From contig OX597843.1 of NCBI GenBank assembly GCA_951406725.2, forward strand, positions 14,756,001 to 14,820,000: DNA of 64,000 nucleotides. The letters are read 5' to 3'. Positions 45,673-58,909 of this stretch are shown one piece after another. Position 1 is the stretch's first letter, and the number at the start of each line of letters is the position of its first letter. The notes below the pieces were generated by a model. The model was given only the letters and a program-made list of their open reading frames with translations. It was not told where the DNA came from and searched no databases. This stretch comes from Octopus vulgaris. Taxonomy: Eukaryota. Both the position numbers and the translations under genes were made by a program.

Positions 45673-45673
<1 letters not shown>
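45272..45673 (+). mobile_element. SINE family A
   Basis: Consensus match with a ~30-bp internal deletion. Confidence 0.9.
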
Positions 45674-45768
<95 letters not shown>

Positions 45769-45769
45769 T

Positions 45770-46150
45770 TATGGAAGCACTCCGTTGGTTACGATAACGA
45801 GGGTTCCGGTTGATCCGAATCAACGGAACAGCCTGCTCGTGAAATTAACGTGCAAGTGGCTGAGCACTCCACAGACACGTGTACCCTAAACATAGTTCTC
45901 GGGGAGATTCAGTGTGACACAGAGAGTGACAAGGCTGACCCTTTGAAATACAGGTACAACAGAAACAGGAAGTTAGAGTGGGAGAAAGAGTGGTGAAAGA
46001 GTACAGCAGGGATCACCACTATCCCTGCCGGAGCCTCGTGGAGCTTTAGATGTTTTTGCTCAATAAACACTCACAACTCCCGGTCTGGGAATCGAAACCG
46101 TGGTCCTACGACCGCGAATCCGCTGCTCTAACCACTGGGCCATTGCGCCT

Positions 46151-46152
<2 letters not shown>
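45770..46152 (-). mobile_element. Chimeric SINE (family D head, family C 3' body)
   Basis: Head matches 44160-44345, and 45770-45950 matches the 38310-38430 body. Confidence 0.75.
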
Positions 46153-46184
<32 letters not shown>

Positions 46185-46579
46185 ATAATATGTATGTATC
46201 TATTTATGTGTCTACATCAAATTCATTTCTGAACATTCGTTACATTTTTATGAAGTCCATATTGTTGGATTTCCACAAGAATAACAGAGTTTCCCAAAAC
46301 CAATCTAAATATAATAGGCACAGGTTGAAGCTGGTCTTTTTATTAAGCGGTTAATTTGTCAATCTCTTTCGCCACGCGTCTGTAACCCTCTTAACGAGTC
46401 CTTCATAGGTTTTTGTTCAAGAACGAGCAATAATCTATCTATGCCAATCCGTCTGTGTGTCTGTCTCTTTCCCAGCTCCCTTCCCTGCCCACCTCCTTGC
46501 CTTCCTCTCCCTCCTTCCTCCACCCCTCTCTCTATATAGACACACACACATATAAATTCAAATGTATTATATTTTTGTG

Positions 46580-46775
46580 ACCCCCTTCGGTCATGAATGA
46601 CCATGGGATTGCACCTAGGGAGTTACCCTGCGAGGTACAAGTCTGGGCAAGGTTGTTTATGGAAGACCAGCAGTCGCCCATGCATACCAGCCTCCCCTCT
46701 CCGTGCCATCAATGTTATCCAAGGGAAAAGCAAAGGGGCCGATACAGCTTGGCACCGGTGACGTCGCAGCTCATT
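46580..46775 (-). mobile_element. Probable RTE-type LINE 5' UTR fragment
   Basis: cccccttcggtcatgaatgaccatgg...cccatgcataccagcctcccctctcc resembles RTE/BovB-like UTRs (recognition only). Confidence 0.4.
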
Positions 46776-47039
46776 AATTAACGTGCAAGTGGCTGACCAC
46801 TCCACAGACACGTGTACCCTTAACATAGTCCTCGTGGAGCTTTAAGGTGTTTTTGCTCAATAAACACGCTCAATGCCCGGTCTGGGAATCGAAACCGCGA
46901 TCGTATGACCACGAGTCCGCTGCCCTAACCACTGGGCCATTGCGCCTCCACAGTGTATAATATACTGATGCATTAATACACATACACACACATAGACATG
47001 TATAACTTCACACGCACCCCTCCACACACACACAGTCCT

Positions 47040-48845
47040 TTTTCATGTTATATGCAGGGGACATACCCTATGCAGGTGATGGATCGCTGAGCTTTCTGAA
47101 GATCATAATCAAAGCAGCGATCTTCCCAGAGATTATGGAGGACTTCGGGTTTCCGTCATTCGACAGATCATCTTTGGTGTTGTACAACTTTAGTTCCAAT
47201 CGTACCTTCCACCTAGATAAACAACCACTATTTTGCTTTACTGATATTCATGCTGTTGTACTTTCTCGGCCAGGCAACTCCCTTTACATGGTCCCAAAGA
47301 AAACTGATGAAGTACAATTTAAAAGACGATGGTTCGCTTGTTCCTTAGCAACCAGATGTAACTGCAAGTTGCTACCCAGACTAGTTGGTGTTTTATGGAA
47401 TTTCCTCCCCACAAAACAGCTGGCACCCACAGGAGAAGAAGGCAAAAGTTCGTCCGCTAAGCGAAATATTGGAGGCCCCCCGGGAAGTAGTTACCGGCTT
47501 CGATCTTCGGAATTGATGAAATGGTAGCTATTCTCCCTTAGGACAGCTGATGGCACCAACTATCCTGGAGTGCTCTCTTGATAGCTCGGAGCAGGAGAAG
47601 AACACGAAATTCCATTCAGTAAAGCGAATGACTGGAACCCCTGGAGAGAAGTTAAATGTTTCGATCAAGTCTCGAACTTAGAACAGGCGAAATGGGCCGC
47701 CCCTTTCCTAATCAGATGCAACCCTCTCGTAAGTGGTGATTAATGCATGGTGCTAATTGGACAATTATTGGAATTTATTTCCATTCCTCTATACCACGGA
47801 CACTCGGCCAGTTACTGAAACCGAAGGAGGATCTCACCAAACACCTTGCAAACCGTACCCCACGGTGGCCACTATACGAAAGTTTTTGTAATTTGTGTTA
47901 ACCCACCTTTTCCTTTTGTGACCAACTTTACTCTGTCCCAATAATATATTTTTGATCGTTCAGCTAGATATCCCGAATTTCCCTCGAGGTAGCTGGTGCC
48001 AGCTTAAGGACACGGAATTTTCCCTAATAAAATGAAGGACTGTAGGTCCCGGGGTGAGGTTGACGGTCTCGAGCTAGTCTCGAACCCAGAACAGGCAAAA
48101 TGAGCCACCTATCTCATGATCAGATAAGATGCATGTGCCAAGTGGGTCACTTTTGGAATTGAACCCCTTTCCTCTATACCGCGATGTACTCAGCCACTCA
48201 CTGACACCACAGCAACTCCCTTCCCATTAACGTAATTAGCGCATTCCGTGGTGGCTACAATAAAGTAGTAATTTTGAGTTCTAACCCCCTTTCCAGTTTT
48301 GAGACCCTTGCTCTGTTCAGATATTTATCCTGAATTTGCCCTCAAGATAAAGGACATCTGCAGAAGAAGAAAACGCAATTTCGTCGGAGGATGTGAATGA
48401 TGGAAGACCCCCAGGGAGATGCTACCAGTTTCAATCTATTCTGGAACTCGAAATGTTGTGAAGCAGCAGCTAGTCTTCCTCAAGACAGCTCCTACGGCCA
48501 GTTATATCCAGTTTGGCTCAAGATAAGCTGCCACCAGCGGGAGAAGAACACGCGATACCATTTAGTAAAGCGAATAAACTGAAAACTCGATGGAGAATTT
48601 GGTGTCTTCGATTTACTTGTGTAGTCAGAACGGGTGAAATGAGTTGCTCTTGGTAAGAGGCAGCCGTCTTAAACGCAGTGAAAAGTGCCTGTGCTAAATG
48701 GGCCGCAGCTGGAAATTGCTTGTTTTCCTCTATACTGCGATATACTCAACCAGTTACTGAACCCGACTCGAACCCTATTAACTTACACACAGTACCCCAC
48801 GATGAGTACGCTTTACAATAAGCCAGTTATTCGGCTCGCCAACTC
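47040..48845. repeat. Array of diverged ~300-410 bp complex units (unknown, possibly structured RNA)
   Basis: Recurring ggagaagaacacg..cca(t)t.agtaaagcgaat (47594, 48540), gaac.gg..aaatg.g (47681, 48089, 48628) and ttcctctatac..cg....actc..cca.t.actga (47784, 48169, 48725). Confidence 0.85.
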
Positions 48846-49110
48846 TCTCTCTCTCTCTCTCTCTTAAAATAATATATTTCCGATATCCAGATATTACATC
48901 TGAATATCTGGCAATATTGAACTTTTAATATTCTCTGCGTGAAAAACCCATCAAAGTTGGTTTCTATCAACAAAATATTGGCAGAAGATCAGTTTTCGAT
49001 TTGGTCAGTTCAATACAAACGATAGCTGAACGGTTTTGACTTCGCTGACGACAGCAAATATCAAGGTTTGGTGGAATGATTGGGTACATTTCTATGATTG
49101 TGACACCTCT
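48087..49110 (-). repeat. Right arm of ~1.03-kb inverted repeat
   Basis: Reverse complement of 33920-34948, with about five single-base differences and a (GA)n length change seen by eye. Confidence 0.97.
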
Positions 49111-49155
49111 GTGTGTGTGGGTGTGTGTGTGTGTGTGTATGTGTGTGTGTGTGTG

Positions 49156-49215
<60 letters not shown>

Positions 49216-49220
49216 TGTGT

Positions 49221-49263
<43 letters not shown>

Positions 49264-49264
49264 T

Positions 49265-49314
<50 letters not shown>

Positions 49315-49433
49315 GCGTTCGTGTGTGCATGTGTGTGTGTGTGCGTGTGTGCGTGTGCGTGTGAGTCTATGTGTGAGTGAGTGTGTATATGTGTGTATGT
49401 GTGTGTGTGTGTATGTGTGTGTATGTGTGTATG

Positions 49434-49465
<32 letters not shown>

Positions 49466-50859
49466 CGTGTGTATGTGTGTGTGCATGTGCGTGCGTGTGT
49501 GTGTGGTTGTCTCTGTAGAATGGAGTCGGAAATCACGTGGTGTGCCAAAAGCCGTGCTTTCTTCAGACGTCTTTCCTTCCACATAGATCACGTTATGTCG
49601 CCGTCGTCATCACTGTCGTGGTTGTCGCCGTCGTCAGCGCTTTGTCATTTTAACGTCCATTTTTCCTTGCCCGCATGGAGCAGAAAGAAATTTTGTTGAT
49701 GTAGATTACCTTCAACCAAATGCTCTCACAGAACATTGAAAGTGAAGGCCACCGCTAGAGTGAAAGTGACATTCCGGAATCGAACACACAACCTCACAAT
49801 TGTGAGTCCTATGCTCTAATCACTGAGCCATGCGCCTTCACTTCATAAGCCATGAAAACAACGCCGTTTTCTTGGAATTTCTGATTTGCATAACACAACA
49901 TAACCTTAATGACGTTATATACCTTTAAAAGCTTGTAACTTTTTTTATTATCAATTTCAAGAAAAAATGAATTTGATTTTCGTCATTACTGCGCTAAGCT
50001 AGATTAGCGTAGAAAATTTGAAAATATGTCGTTAAATTTTTTAAAAAAAATTTAGTCAAAATTATATTAAGAAAAATTGGTGAAAATGTCAAAAAATGCC
50101 GGTGGTTGGAAAGAATTGAACTACACATCTACAGATTGGTGCCCCTCCGACTTTGCTCATAGTTTTCTCAATAAGTCATATCATTTCAATGAAACTTTTC
50201 AACGATACTCTTCCATGGCTGTAGTTAACCATTATCGCTTATATTTTACATGTTTCGGTGACTGGACTGTGAAGGCCATGCTGGAGCACCACCTCAAAGA
50301 ATTTTAGTCGAACAAATTCACCCTAGTAATCGTGTGTTTCTTATTTTTTTAAATTCAAGTCTGGAATTTATTCTATCGGACACCCATACCGAACCGCTAA
50401 GTTATGGTGACGTAAACAAACCAACACCAGTCCTCAACCAGCAAGAAATAAAGACACATACACACTCGCACATATGCATGCATATATAGTGTATATAGAC
50501 ACGCATACATGTATGTATGTATGTATGTATATATTGTATTTATTGTACGTATGTATGTTGTTATGTATGTAAATTTTGTATGTATATATGTATGTATTTC
50601 TATGTATGTATGTATGTATGTATGTATGCATGTATGTATGTATTTCTATGTATGTATGTATGTATGTATGTATGTATGTATGTATGTATGTATGTATGTA
50701 TGTATGTATACACACGACGGGCTTCCACATAGGAAAAAATCTCTTTTGAGTAATTTTCAGGCCATTCCGTGCCCACCCACCCTCCATCCATCCATCCACT
50801 GCTCCGAATTTCTTTGCTATAATTTTAGCCTCTTCCACTATTTTCTTCAGATTTATAGT

Positions 50860-50978
50860 TCTAGGTTCAGTCCCACTGCGTGTCACCTTGAGCAGTTGTC
50901 TTCGAACTATAGCTACAGGCCGACCAAAGCCTCGTGAGTGGATTTGATGGACGGAAACTGAAAGAAGCCCGTCTTATA

Positions 50979-51009
<31 letters not shown>

Positions 51010-51185
51010 TGTGTCTCCCACCACCGCTTGACAACTGGTTTATTTACGTCACTGTAACTTAGAGGCTCGGCAAAAGGAATCGACAGAATAAATAGCCGGC
51101 TTAAAAAAATAAGTATTGGGGGGGGGGGGCGATTCATTCGACTAAATGTTATTCAAGGCGATGCCCCAGCATGGCCGCAGCCTAA
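50860..51185 (+). mobile_element. Diverged SINE family A
   Basis: ggttcagtcccactgcg...gacggaaactgaaagaagcccgtc...ccagcatggccgcag. Confidence 0.8.
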
Positions 51186-51599
51186 AAGAAAGATAAAATA
51201 TTTCTTAAAGATAACACAGCAATGAAATAACGCAAGACACGTATCGGGTGTAGGTTATATGTGATGGAGAAGTAAATATAATGGGATGATGGGGCCTCTC
51301 CACATAACTGCCAGATGGTGGTGTTTTGGCTTGTTTTCAATGTTTTGTTATGAGAGACAATTATTGTAGGAAGCGGACCGGACTCCTGTTTGGCCGACAG
51401 GCATTTATTGCTGCATTGCGATAACTCTGAACAAATTTGAAGAGAACGTAATGCGTTTGAAATTTGAGTTTGTAGGAGGATATTGGTTTCACATCTTGGC
51501 ACGAGGCCAGCAGTTTCATGGAAGAAGGGGGAGGCGATTAAATAATAACATACGTACATACATATATATGGGATAATCGATGCAGAATTTGTGGGGTTA

Positions 51600-52135
51600 A
51601 CACCGAAGATATCGGCCACATCATAAGCAGTTGTCCGAAAATGTTATCACGGTATTATTTACAGATGAGACATGATGTTGCTGCTAGGACGAGATGCGTC
51701 GCAAGAAAACCCCCCAAGGATAAAGGAATAAGAACCCACAGTATGGCAGAAACCCTAGCCACTCATAATGAAAAGATGTACTGGTGAAATGTCCCAGTGA
51801 AAACCTCAATAAAATGTAAGCATAATAGACCTGATTCGGGATGGAGAAGAGAAATTGTGTGCAGTTGTAGAAATCAGCCGACCAGCGGATGTTAGCATAA
51901 AGCGGAAGATTAGCGAAAAAGAGAACACCAACACTGAACTATTGAGGAATCTACAGCTATTCCGTCCAGATCACAAGTTCAGGTTTTTACCTGTAATTAT
52001 CGGAGCATTGGTATATTTAACACACTGCCTAAATACTAATCTTCAGAAATTAAGCTTCTCAAAACCAGAAAGTAGAAGACTTCAGATCCAATTCATCACT
52101 GGAACTATAAAACTTTCCAGAAGTCTTTCATCTAA
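51600..52135 (+). pseudogene. Decayed RLE-type non-LTR ORF C-terminus
   Basis: HIISSCPK...YLQMRHDV (CCHC/RH-like), then HNRPD...CAVVEIS.PADV...FLPVIIGAL. Confidence 0.75.
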
Positions 52136-53074
52136 ATATAATATAATGAAATTATTGTATACTGTGCTCAGGTGCACCACAGTGTGTATAAAATATATAC
52201 AGTAATGTACAAATGTCTGGAAAGCGAACAGTGTATGAGTCAGATACATGCTTGCGTGTGTGTGGAGGGGGGAAAATCAGGAAGCATGGAAGCATATATA
52301 TGAGCCTGTCTTGATATGCAACTATATGCATGGGAACACATACGCAAAACAAGACATACAAATCTGCACATAAACATACATACATACATACATACATACA
52401 TACATACATACATACATACATACATACATACATACATACATACATACATACATACATACATACATACATACATACATACATACATGGTGGCTGCCCCCTC
52501 GTTATCGAGTATGGCCATTGCACAAAGCTTAATCAATGTTGTTATCGTGCAATGCCTGTGTAAGAAGATTTTTTTTGAAGTGAGAAAAGGCTGTGCACTG
52601 AGTCAATCCCACTCACTAAGCAACAGCAGCCATAATCCGAAAAGAAGAACAAGTCAACATCATCGGTAACCACTGAGCCGCAGGTTTTATGTCGGAGTTA
52701 TCCCAGTTACCTGAGTTACCTTCTCCTAGAAGGATGCCCTAACAAAGGCTAGGAGTCCTTCACTCCCAATGGTTTAACAGTGCGATCGGGTATTCAGTCC
52801 GATTATTTCTATGTCCCCGCGCATGATACAGCCTTAAGACACTTATTGGATGGCCGTTGACTCTCAAGAGTTCCTCTGCCCTTTGACAGGTTTTGTTTTT
52901 CATCCCGTAGGTTGTCCAATAAACACCCTCCTCACCAAGCAAGCTTGGTGGGGTTGCCAGTTTAGTCGCTGACGACCCGACCATGCAACAGGTTGTACTG
53001 GGTTTCATGTTACCAGTAGCACTCGAAAGTGACCTGACACAATATATACATACATACATACATACATACATACA

Positions 53075-53600
53075 TCGGAAGGATAATCCCGAGGACCAAG
53101 AAATAAAAACCCAAAATTTGGTAGAAGCCATAACCACTCATAATGAAAAGGAATACTGGTGGAATGTACCAGTGAAGACCTTAATAAAATGTAAGAACAT
53201 CAGACCCGATATAATGATTTGGGATCGAGAAGAGAAACTGTGCACAGTTGTGGGAATTAGCTGCCCAGCGGATGTTAATATAAAGCTGAAGATCAGTGAA
53301 AAAGAGAACACCTAAGCTGAATACAGTTCTATATTTAAGAGATGACAAATCATGTACATTATTTACATTTGAAGGATATTTGTTCTCATCTTGTTTGTTG
53401 TTAACACAACGTTTCAGCTGATATACCTTCCAGGTGTTAAGGAAGGATAGGAAAATATTAGATTTATAAGCCCTAAAATTCATAACAATAATGATAATAA
53501 CAACATCGAAAAATACCTTAGGAATGAGAACCCAGATTCGAAATTTCACCTACGTTGAACTATTGAGAAATCTGCAGTTACTCTATCCAGATTACATTTG
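53075..53600 (+). pseudogene. Second decayed RLE-type non-LTR fragment, interrupted at ~53320-53550
   Basis: YWWNVPVKTLIKCKNIRPDIMIWDREEKLCTVVGISCPADVN, resuming at cacctacgttgaactattgag (~53547). Confidence 0.75.
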
Positions 53601-53618
53601 ACGGATTTCTAAGTCTTC

Positions 53619-53692
<74 letters not shown>

Positions 53693-53862
53693 AGAGTTTA
53701 CGAAAAAAAAACCAACAAAAGACGAAGACAGGTGGTGTACAAAACAAACAGATGTGTTAGTATAACGTTCAGGAATATAAAAAGTCTTTTACGTTTCGAG
53801 CCTACGCTCTTCTACAGAAAGGGACACAGAAAAACAAGGAGAGAAAAAAATGTATGTAGTGG

Positions 53863-53896
<34 letters not shown>

Positions 53897-53898
<2 letters not shown>

Positions 53899-55080
53899 TT
53901 ACGGGTTTAACTAGTGCAGTGTTTCTGACCCACATAGGAATAATGGCACCATCATGTCTGGTGAAAATGTGACAGTCTTTTGTCTAATGGAGGACTAATG
54001 GGTTTTGGAATGACCTGTGACCTTGTGCGGGTGAATTAGGGGTCGCTCTGGACACCCCTTGAATATGTCGTGAGAGAGGATGAGGGACAGGCAGAGAGTA
54101 TGGTAGAGCTGTGAGGAGAGGGTAAGGGACAGTAGGCGATAGCGATAGAGTAAGAGCAGAGGGCAAATAGAAAGGATAAGCAGTAAGGGACAGATTGAGG
54201 ATATAGATAGAGTATAGGGACCAGGACAGTTAGAAAGGGTAGGAGCGATATAGACAGAGGGAGATGAGGGAGTGGAAGAAGGACAGAGACGAAGTGAGGT
54301 CTGGCGGTTGGTAGTTGGTCGTCGAAGAACACAGACGGATCGGGCAGTCGTTGAGCGGTCGTCGAAGAACACAGACGGATCTTGCAGTCGCTGGCCGGTC
54401 CTCGAAGAAGACAGACGGACCTTGGATTTAAGGAGCAAGCGTTGGAATTCTTAGGAGCAAGTTGGATGCGAGAAAGCTTGGCGGCACAGAAGGGAATTAG
54501 CAGTATTCAGAGGAATTAGCAGTATTGAGAGGAATGGGACACTGGCAGATTCAATTAGGAATTGAGGTATGTGTTTGTGCATTGATATGTGTCACGGTGT
54601 ATTGAACAGTGAAAAGAACAGTCAAGGACTCTGTCGATGTGGTCGATAAAGGACATTGTGAAGAAGAAGAGTAAAGGACTTGTTGATTGTGATGTTTAGG
54701 AAGAGACTTTAAAGAACTGTTGTCTTGGGACGTGTACTCTTGAATTGTTACATGATGTTGTATTATGCTTTGAGTTGTACTCTTGAAATGCTGTTGTATT
54801 ATGTATTGAGTAGTCACGTGCATGTCTTCCTTTAAATGTCTGCCTTAAATGTATTTGATGTGTAGCAATTGTAATTGTCGTATAAACTGTTGTTTGAATA
54901 TAAGCCAGTGTTGCCAGTTGTTGCCTTGCCTCTTTGGGTTGTATCTCGGGTTGTGCCTCTGTATCTCTATGCTGTTGAGGTTGTGGCAGTATCTATCTGT
55001 ATCTCCTCTCTCCGCCTCTTTGGGTTCCGTGGCGGAACTTGTGTGAGCCGTTCGGGACGGGCGACGACGGGTGATTCCGT

Positions 55081-55084
<4 letters not shown>
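53897..55084. mobile_element. Solo LTR (~1.19 kb), Gypsy-like, inserted in (TA)n
   Basis: TGTTACGG...CCGTAACA terminal inverted ends, no ORF, (TA)n on both sides. Confidence 0.8.
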
Positions 55085-55116
<32 letters not shown>

Positions 55117-55877
55117 AGAGTTTACGAAAAAAAACCCAAAAGACGAAGACAGGTGGTGTACAAAACAAACAGATGTATTAGTATAACACTCAGGAATAGA
55201 AAAAGTCTTTTACGTTTCGAGCCTACGCTCTTCTGCAGAAAGGGACACAGAAAAAAACAAGGAGAGAAGCAAGGAGAGAAAAAAAATGTGTATAGTGGCT
55301 AACACACCTATCTTATTGTATGTTGTGATGACGAGGGACTATCTTGGACATGAAAGGGTTTCGATTGTTCTGTTTGAGATGTAATGAAGTGAATTTCGAT
55401 GGTTCTGGGTTACACTTTCTTGGTTTTATGGTCCGTTAGAGTGTTTTTGTTGTTGTTGTTTTTTTAAAATTATAATTGCTGTACTAACGCTCACGTTCAT
55501 AATCCATAGACATTTTAATGAATTTTTACAATCCTTTTACATGGAATTTCGTCTATCTTTAAACCATGACCCTGAAATGACTTTATATATAAGGGAACTG
55601 TTATTGTGTATGTATATAAAAAATGCATATAAGTCGAAACAATTTGTTGGCCTTTTATGTTACGATTTCAGGAGGACGATTGGGATCACGTGGATGAGAA
55701 AGGCGCGATCCAGAGAGGAGTGGACAGCGTGCTGTGACCAGCGGTGTCAAATGGACGCCTGACGGACTTGTCGGTCAAGGAGATCAAGGAGATATTATAA
55801 TACATTCATAGTATATCATGTAATATTATAATATAAATAAATTATTGGATTGTCGACAGTATCTCTATTTAATTTAT

Positions 55878-55931
<54 letters not shown>

Positions 55932-55939
55932 TCGTTTAT

Positions 55940-56348
55940 TCTTTTACCTGTTTCAGTCCTTTCACAGCGTCCATACTGGAGCACCGCCTTTGTTATTGTT
56001 ATTGCTTTTTTTCTTTTGTTATTTTTTAATTTAATTCTTTGTAAGCCTTTGTAAGCCTAGTACTTATTATATCGGTCTCTTTTGCCGAACCGCCAACTTA
56101 CGGGGATGTAAACAGACCAACATCGGTTATCAAGCGATGGTAGGACGATAAACACATACACAAATACAACACACACACACACACACACACATATACGACA
56201 GGCTTCTTTCGGTTTCCATCTACCAAATCCACTCACAAGGCTTTGGTCGGCCCGAGGCTATAGTAAAAGATACTTGCCTAAGGTACCTCGCAGTGGGACT
56301 GAACCAGGAACCACATGGTTGAGAAGCAAGCTTCTTACCACACAGCTA
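55940..56348 (-). mobile_element. SINE family A
   Basis: Reverse-complement consensus match. Confidence 0.85.
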
Positions 56349-56772
56349 CTTCAAATTTACAGGAAACAAAAGACGAAGACAGGCGAAGGAACGACAAACA
56401 GGTGTATTAGTTTGACGCTGGAGAAGAATGGAAAAGTCTTCGACGTTTCGAGCCTACGTTCTTCCACTGGAAGGGTTTGGAGGAAGAAATGGAAAGTGAA
56501 CGAGATAAAAAAAGGGGAGAGAGTAAAAAATGTGCAGGGATTAAAGGTTCGTGTGTGAATGTGTGTGTGTGTGTGTATACATATATACATTCATACATAT
56601 ATGCGTGCGTGCGTGTGTGTGTGTACGTGTGCGCGCGTGTGTGTGTACGTGTGCGTGTGTGTGTACGTGTGCGTGTGTGTGTACGTGTGCATGTGTGTGT
56701 GTGTACGTGTGTGTGTGTACGTGAGTGTGTGTGTACGTGTGCGTGTGTGTGTACGTGAGTGTATACGTGTGT

Positions 56773-56807
<35 letters not shown>

Positions 56808-57339
56808 CGTGCATACACACCTTATTTCGTGTCCAACTAATTCCTATACAACACAACCCCAGCCATCTTCATTCTCCATTTCCTCGGATCGATCATCTCT
56901 TACAGACGTTCACACTCACACCTACGAAATCAAGCGACAATATTCCCGCCAAAACCACCGACATCTTTCTCTTTCACTCTCTTATTTGATGAGCTTTTTC
57001 ACTGCAAAATACAACAGTCTCTCCCTCTCTCTCTCTCTGTCTCTCTCTCTACATCTATACCCCTCCTTATTTTACACTATTTCCTGACTTTTGCTTCTCG
57101 CTTTCCTTCTTTCTTTCTTTCTTTCTCTCTACGATCGATCGTCTGCTGATACGCATACACACTCTTCTTTTCTTTCCTTCTATACACACACACACACATA
57201 TTCCCTCTCTCTATTTTTCTTTGTTTATTTCTTTCTATTCAAGTGTTTGCCGATACACACACTCACACACACTCACACACACACACACACACACACTCTC
57301 ACACACACACACACTCACACACTCTCACACACACACACA

Positions 57340-57376
<37 letters not shown>

Positions 57377-57880
57377 ACACACACACACTCACACACACTC
57401 ACACACACACACATACACACACACTCTCACACACACTCACTCACACACACACACTCACACACACACACACTTTCCTTCCGCTCGCCCTCCCTCTCCCCGT
57501 TTTGCGCCCTCCCCCAGCCTTCCTTACGTTTCCCTTTCTTTCTATCTTTGTTTCCTTCTTTCTTTCTTTCAGTTTCTTCTCCCCCCCCCCCCGATCGTCT
57601 ACAGATACCTAAACACAAACTTTCTCTTACTCTTTCTCTCTCTCCCTTTCTTTCCTTTCTCTCGTCTCCAACCTTCCTTCCTTCCATCCATCCTTCCTTC
57701 CTTCCTTCCTTCCTTCTTTCCACGGTCTTCTTTCCACACAAGTGTGTGTGTGTGTGTATTCATTTTGCCATGTTGAACCGTTTATTCCCTACACATTTGC
57801 CATCTCTCTCTGTTTTTTTTCCCCTTTATTCTTTCTGTCAAGGGGCGTAGGTTTGAAACGTCAAAGACTTTTCCATTCTT

Positions 57881-57943
<63 letters not shown>

Positions 57944-58216
57944 GTATGTATGTACGATATATTTGAAAAATTAAAAGAAATAATTTTTCCACTAATTATT
58001 AAAGTAGTAAAATTATGAAAAAAAGCTCTTCCTCTTCATCTTTTCAAACATGCACACACACATATACATACACACACATATACACAAATACATATCTCAA
58101 GCTTTGCAAATGAAAATAGGCAAATGGAGACTGTGTGGAAGCCTGTCATATTGATTGTACTTGTAATCCAAAGTCATGGCTTTGTCATGTACTCCTTCAT
58201 GCTCGTTCTGCTCATG

Positions 58217-58219
<3 letters not shown>

Positions 58220-58314
<95 letters not shown>

Positions 58315-58730
58315 GTTTAACGTCCACTTTCCATGCTAGCATGGGTTGGACAATTTTGACTGAGGACTGGCGAGCCTGATCTGGCAGAGTTTCTACAGCT
58401 GGATGCCCTTCCTAATGCCAACCACTCCAAGAGTGTAGTGGGTGCTTTTTATGTGCCACGGGCACGGGGGCCAGTCAGGCGGTACTGGCAATGACCTCGC
58501 TCGAATCTTTTACACGTGCCACCGACACAGGTGCCAGTAAGGCGACGTTGGTAACGATTACGCTCGAATGGTGCCCTTGTTATGTGCCACGGGTATGGAA
58601 GCCAGTTGGTTGCTCTGGCAACGATCACGCTTGGATGGTGGGGTACGGAAGCCAATTGGTTGCTCTGGCAATGATCACGCTCGGATGGTGTTCTTGGCAC
58701 CCTACTAGCACAGTGCCAATAAGGCGAAAT
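58220..58730 (-). mobile_element. RTE-related retroposon 3' region with long (ATG)n tail
   Basis: Same module as 17915-18215, with internal ~60-bp and ~50-bp repeats. Confidence 0.8.
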
Positions 58731-58909
58731 ATGTTGAGAATTATGTGCGTGGTATACTCAGCCGCTTACAAACACTTTCAATGAACAGAGAGTTAAGTTA
58801 TTTGCACAATGGAAATACCCATTGAGATCATATTTTGCTCAAGAGTGTATGTATATATATGGTTCCCTATGTTTGTCTGTCTGTGTGTATATGTGTCTGG
58901 AGCAACCCA

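Noticed and set aside
47300-47335. Hammerhead core at CTGATGA
   Set aside because: No downstream GAAA or stem II in the required position.
47455-47510. Resemblance of RNIGGPPG/SYRLRSS to the bornavirus matrix C-terminus
   Set aside because: Two short motifs in the wrong order, not supportable without a profile search.
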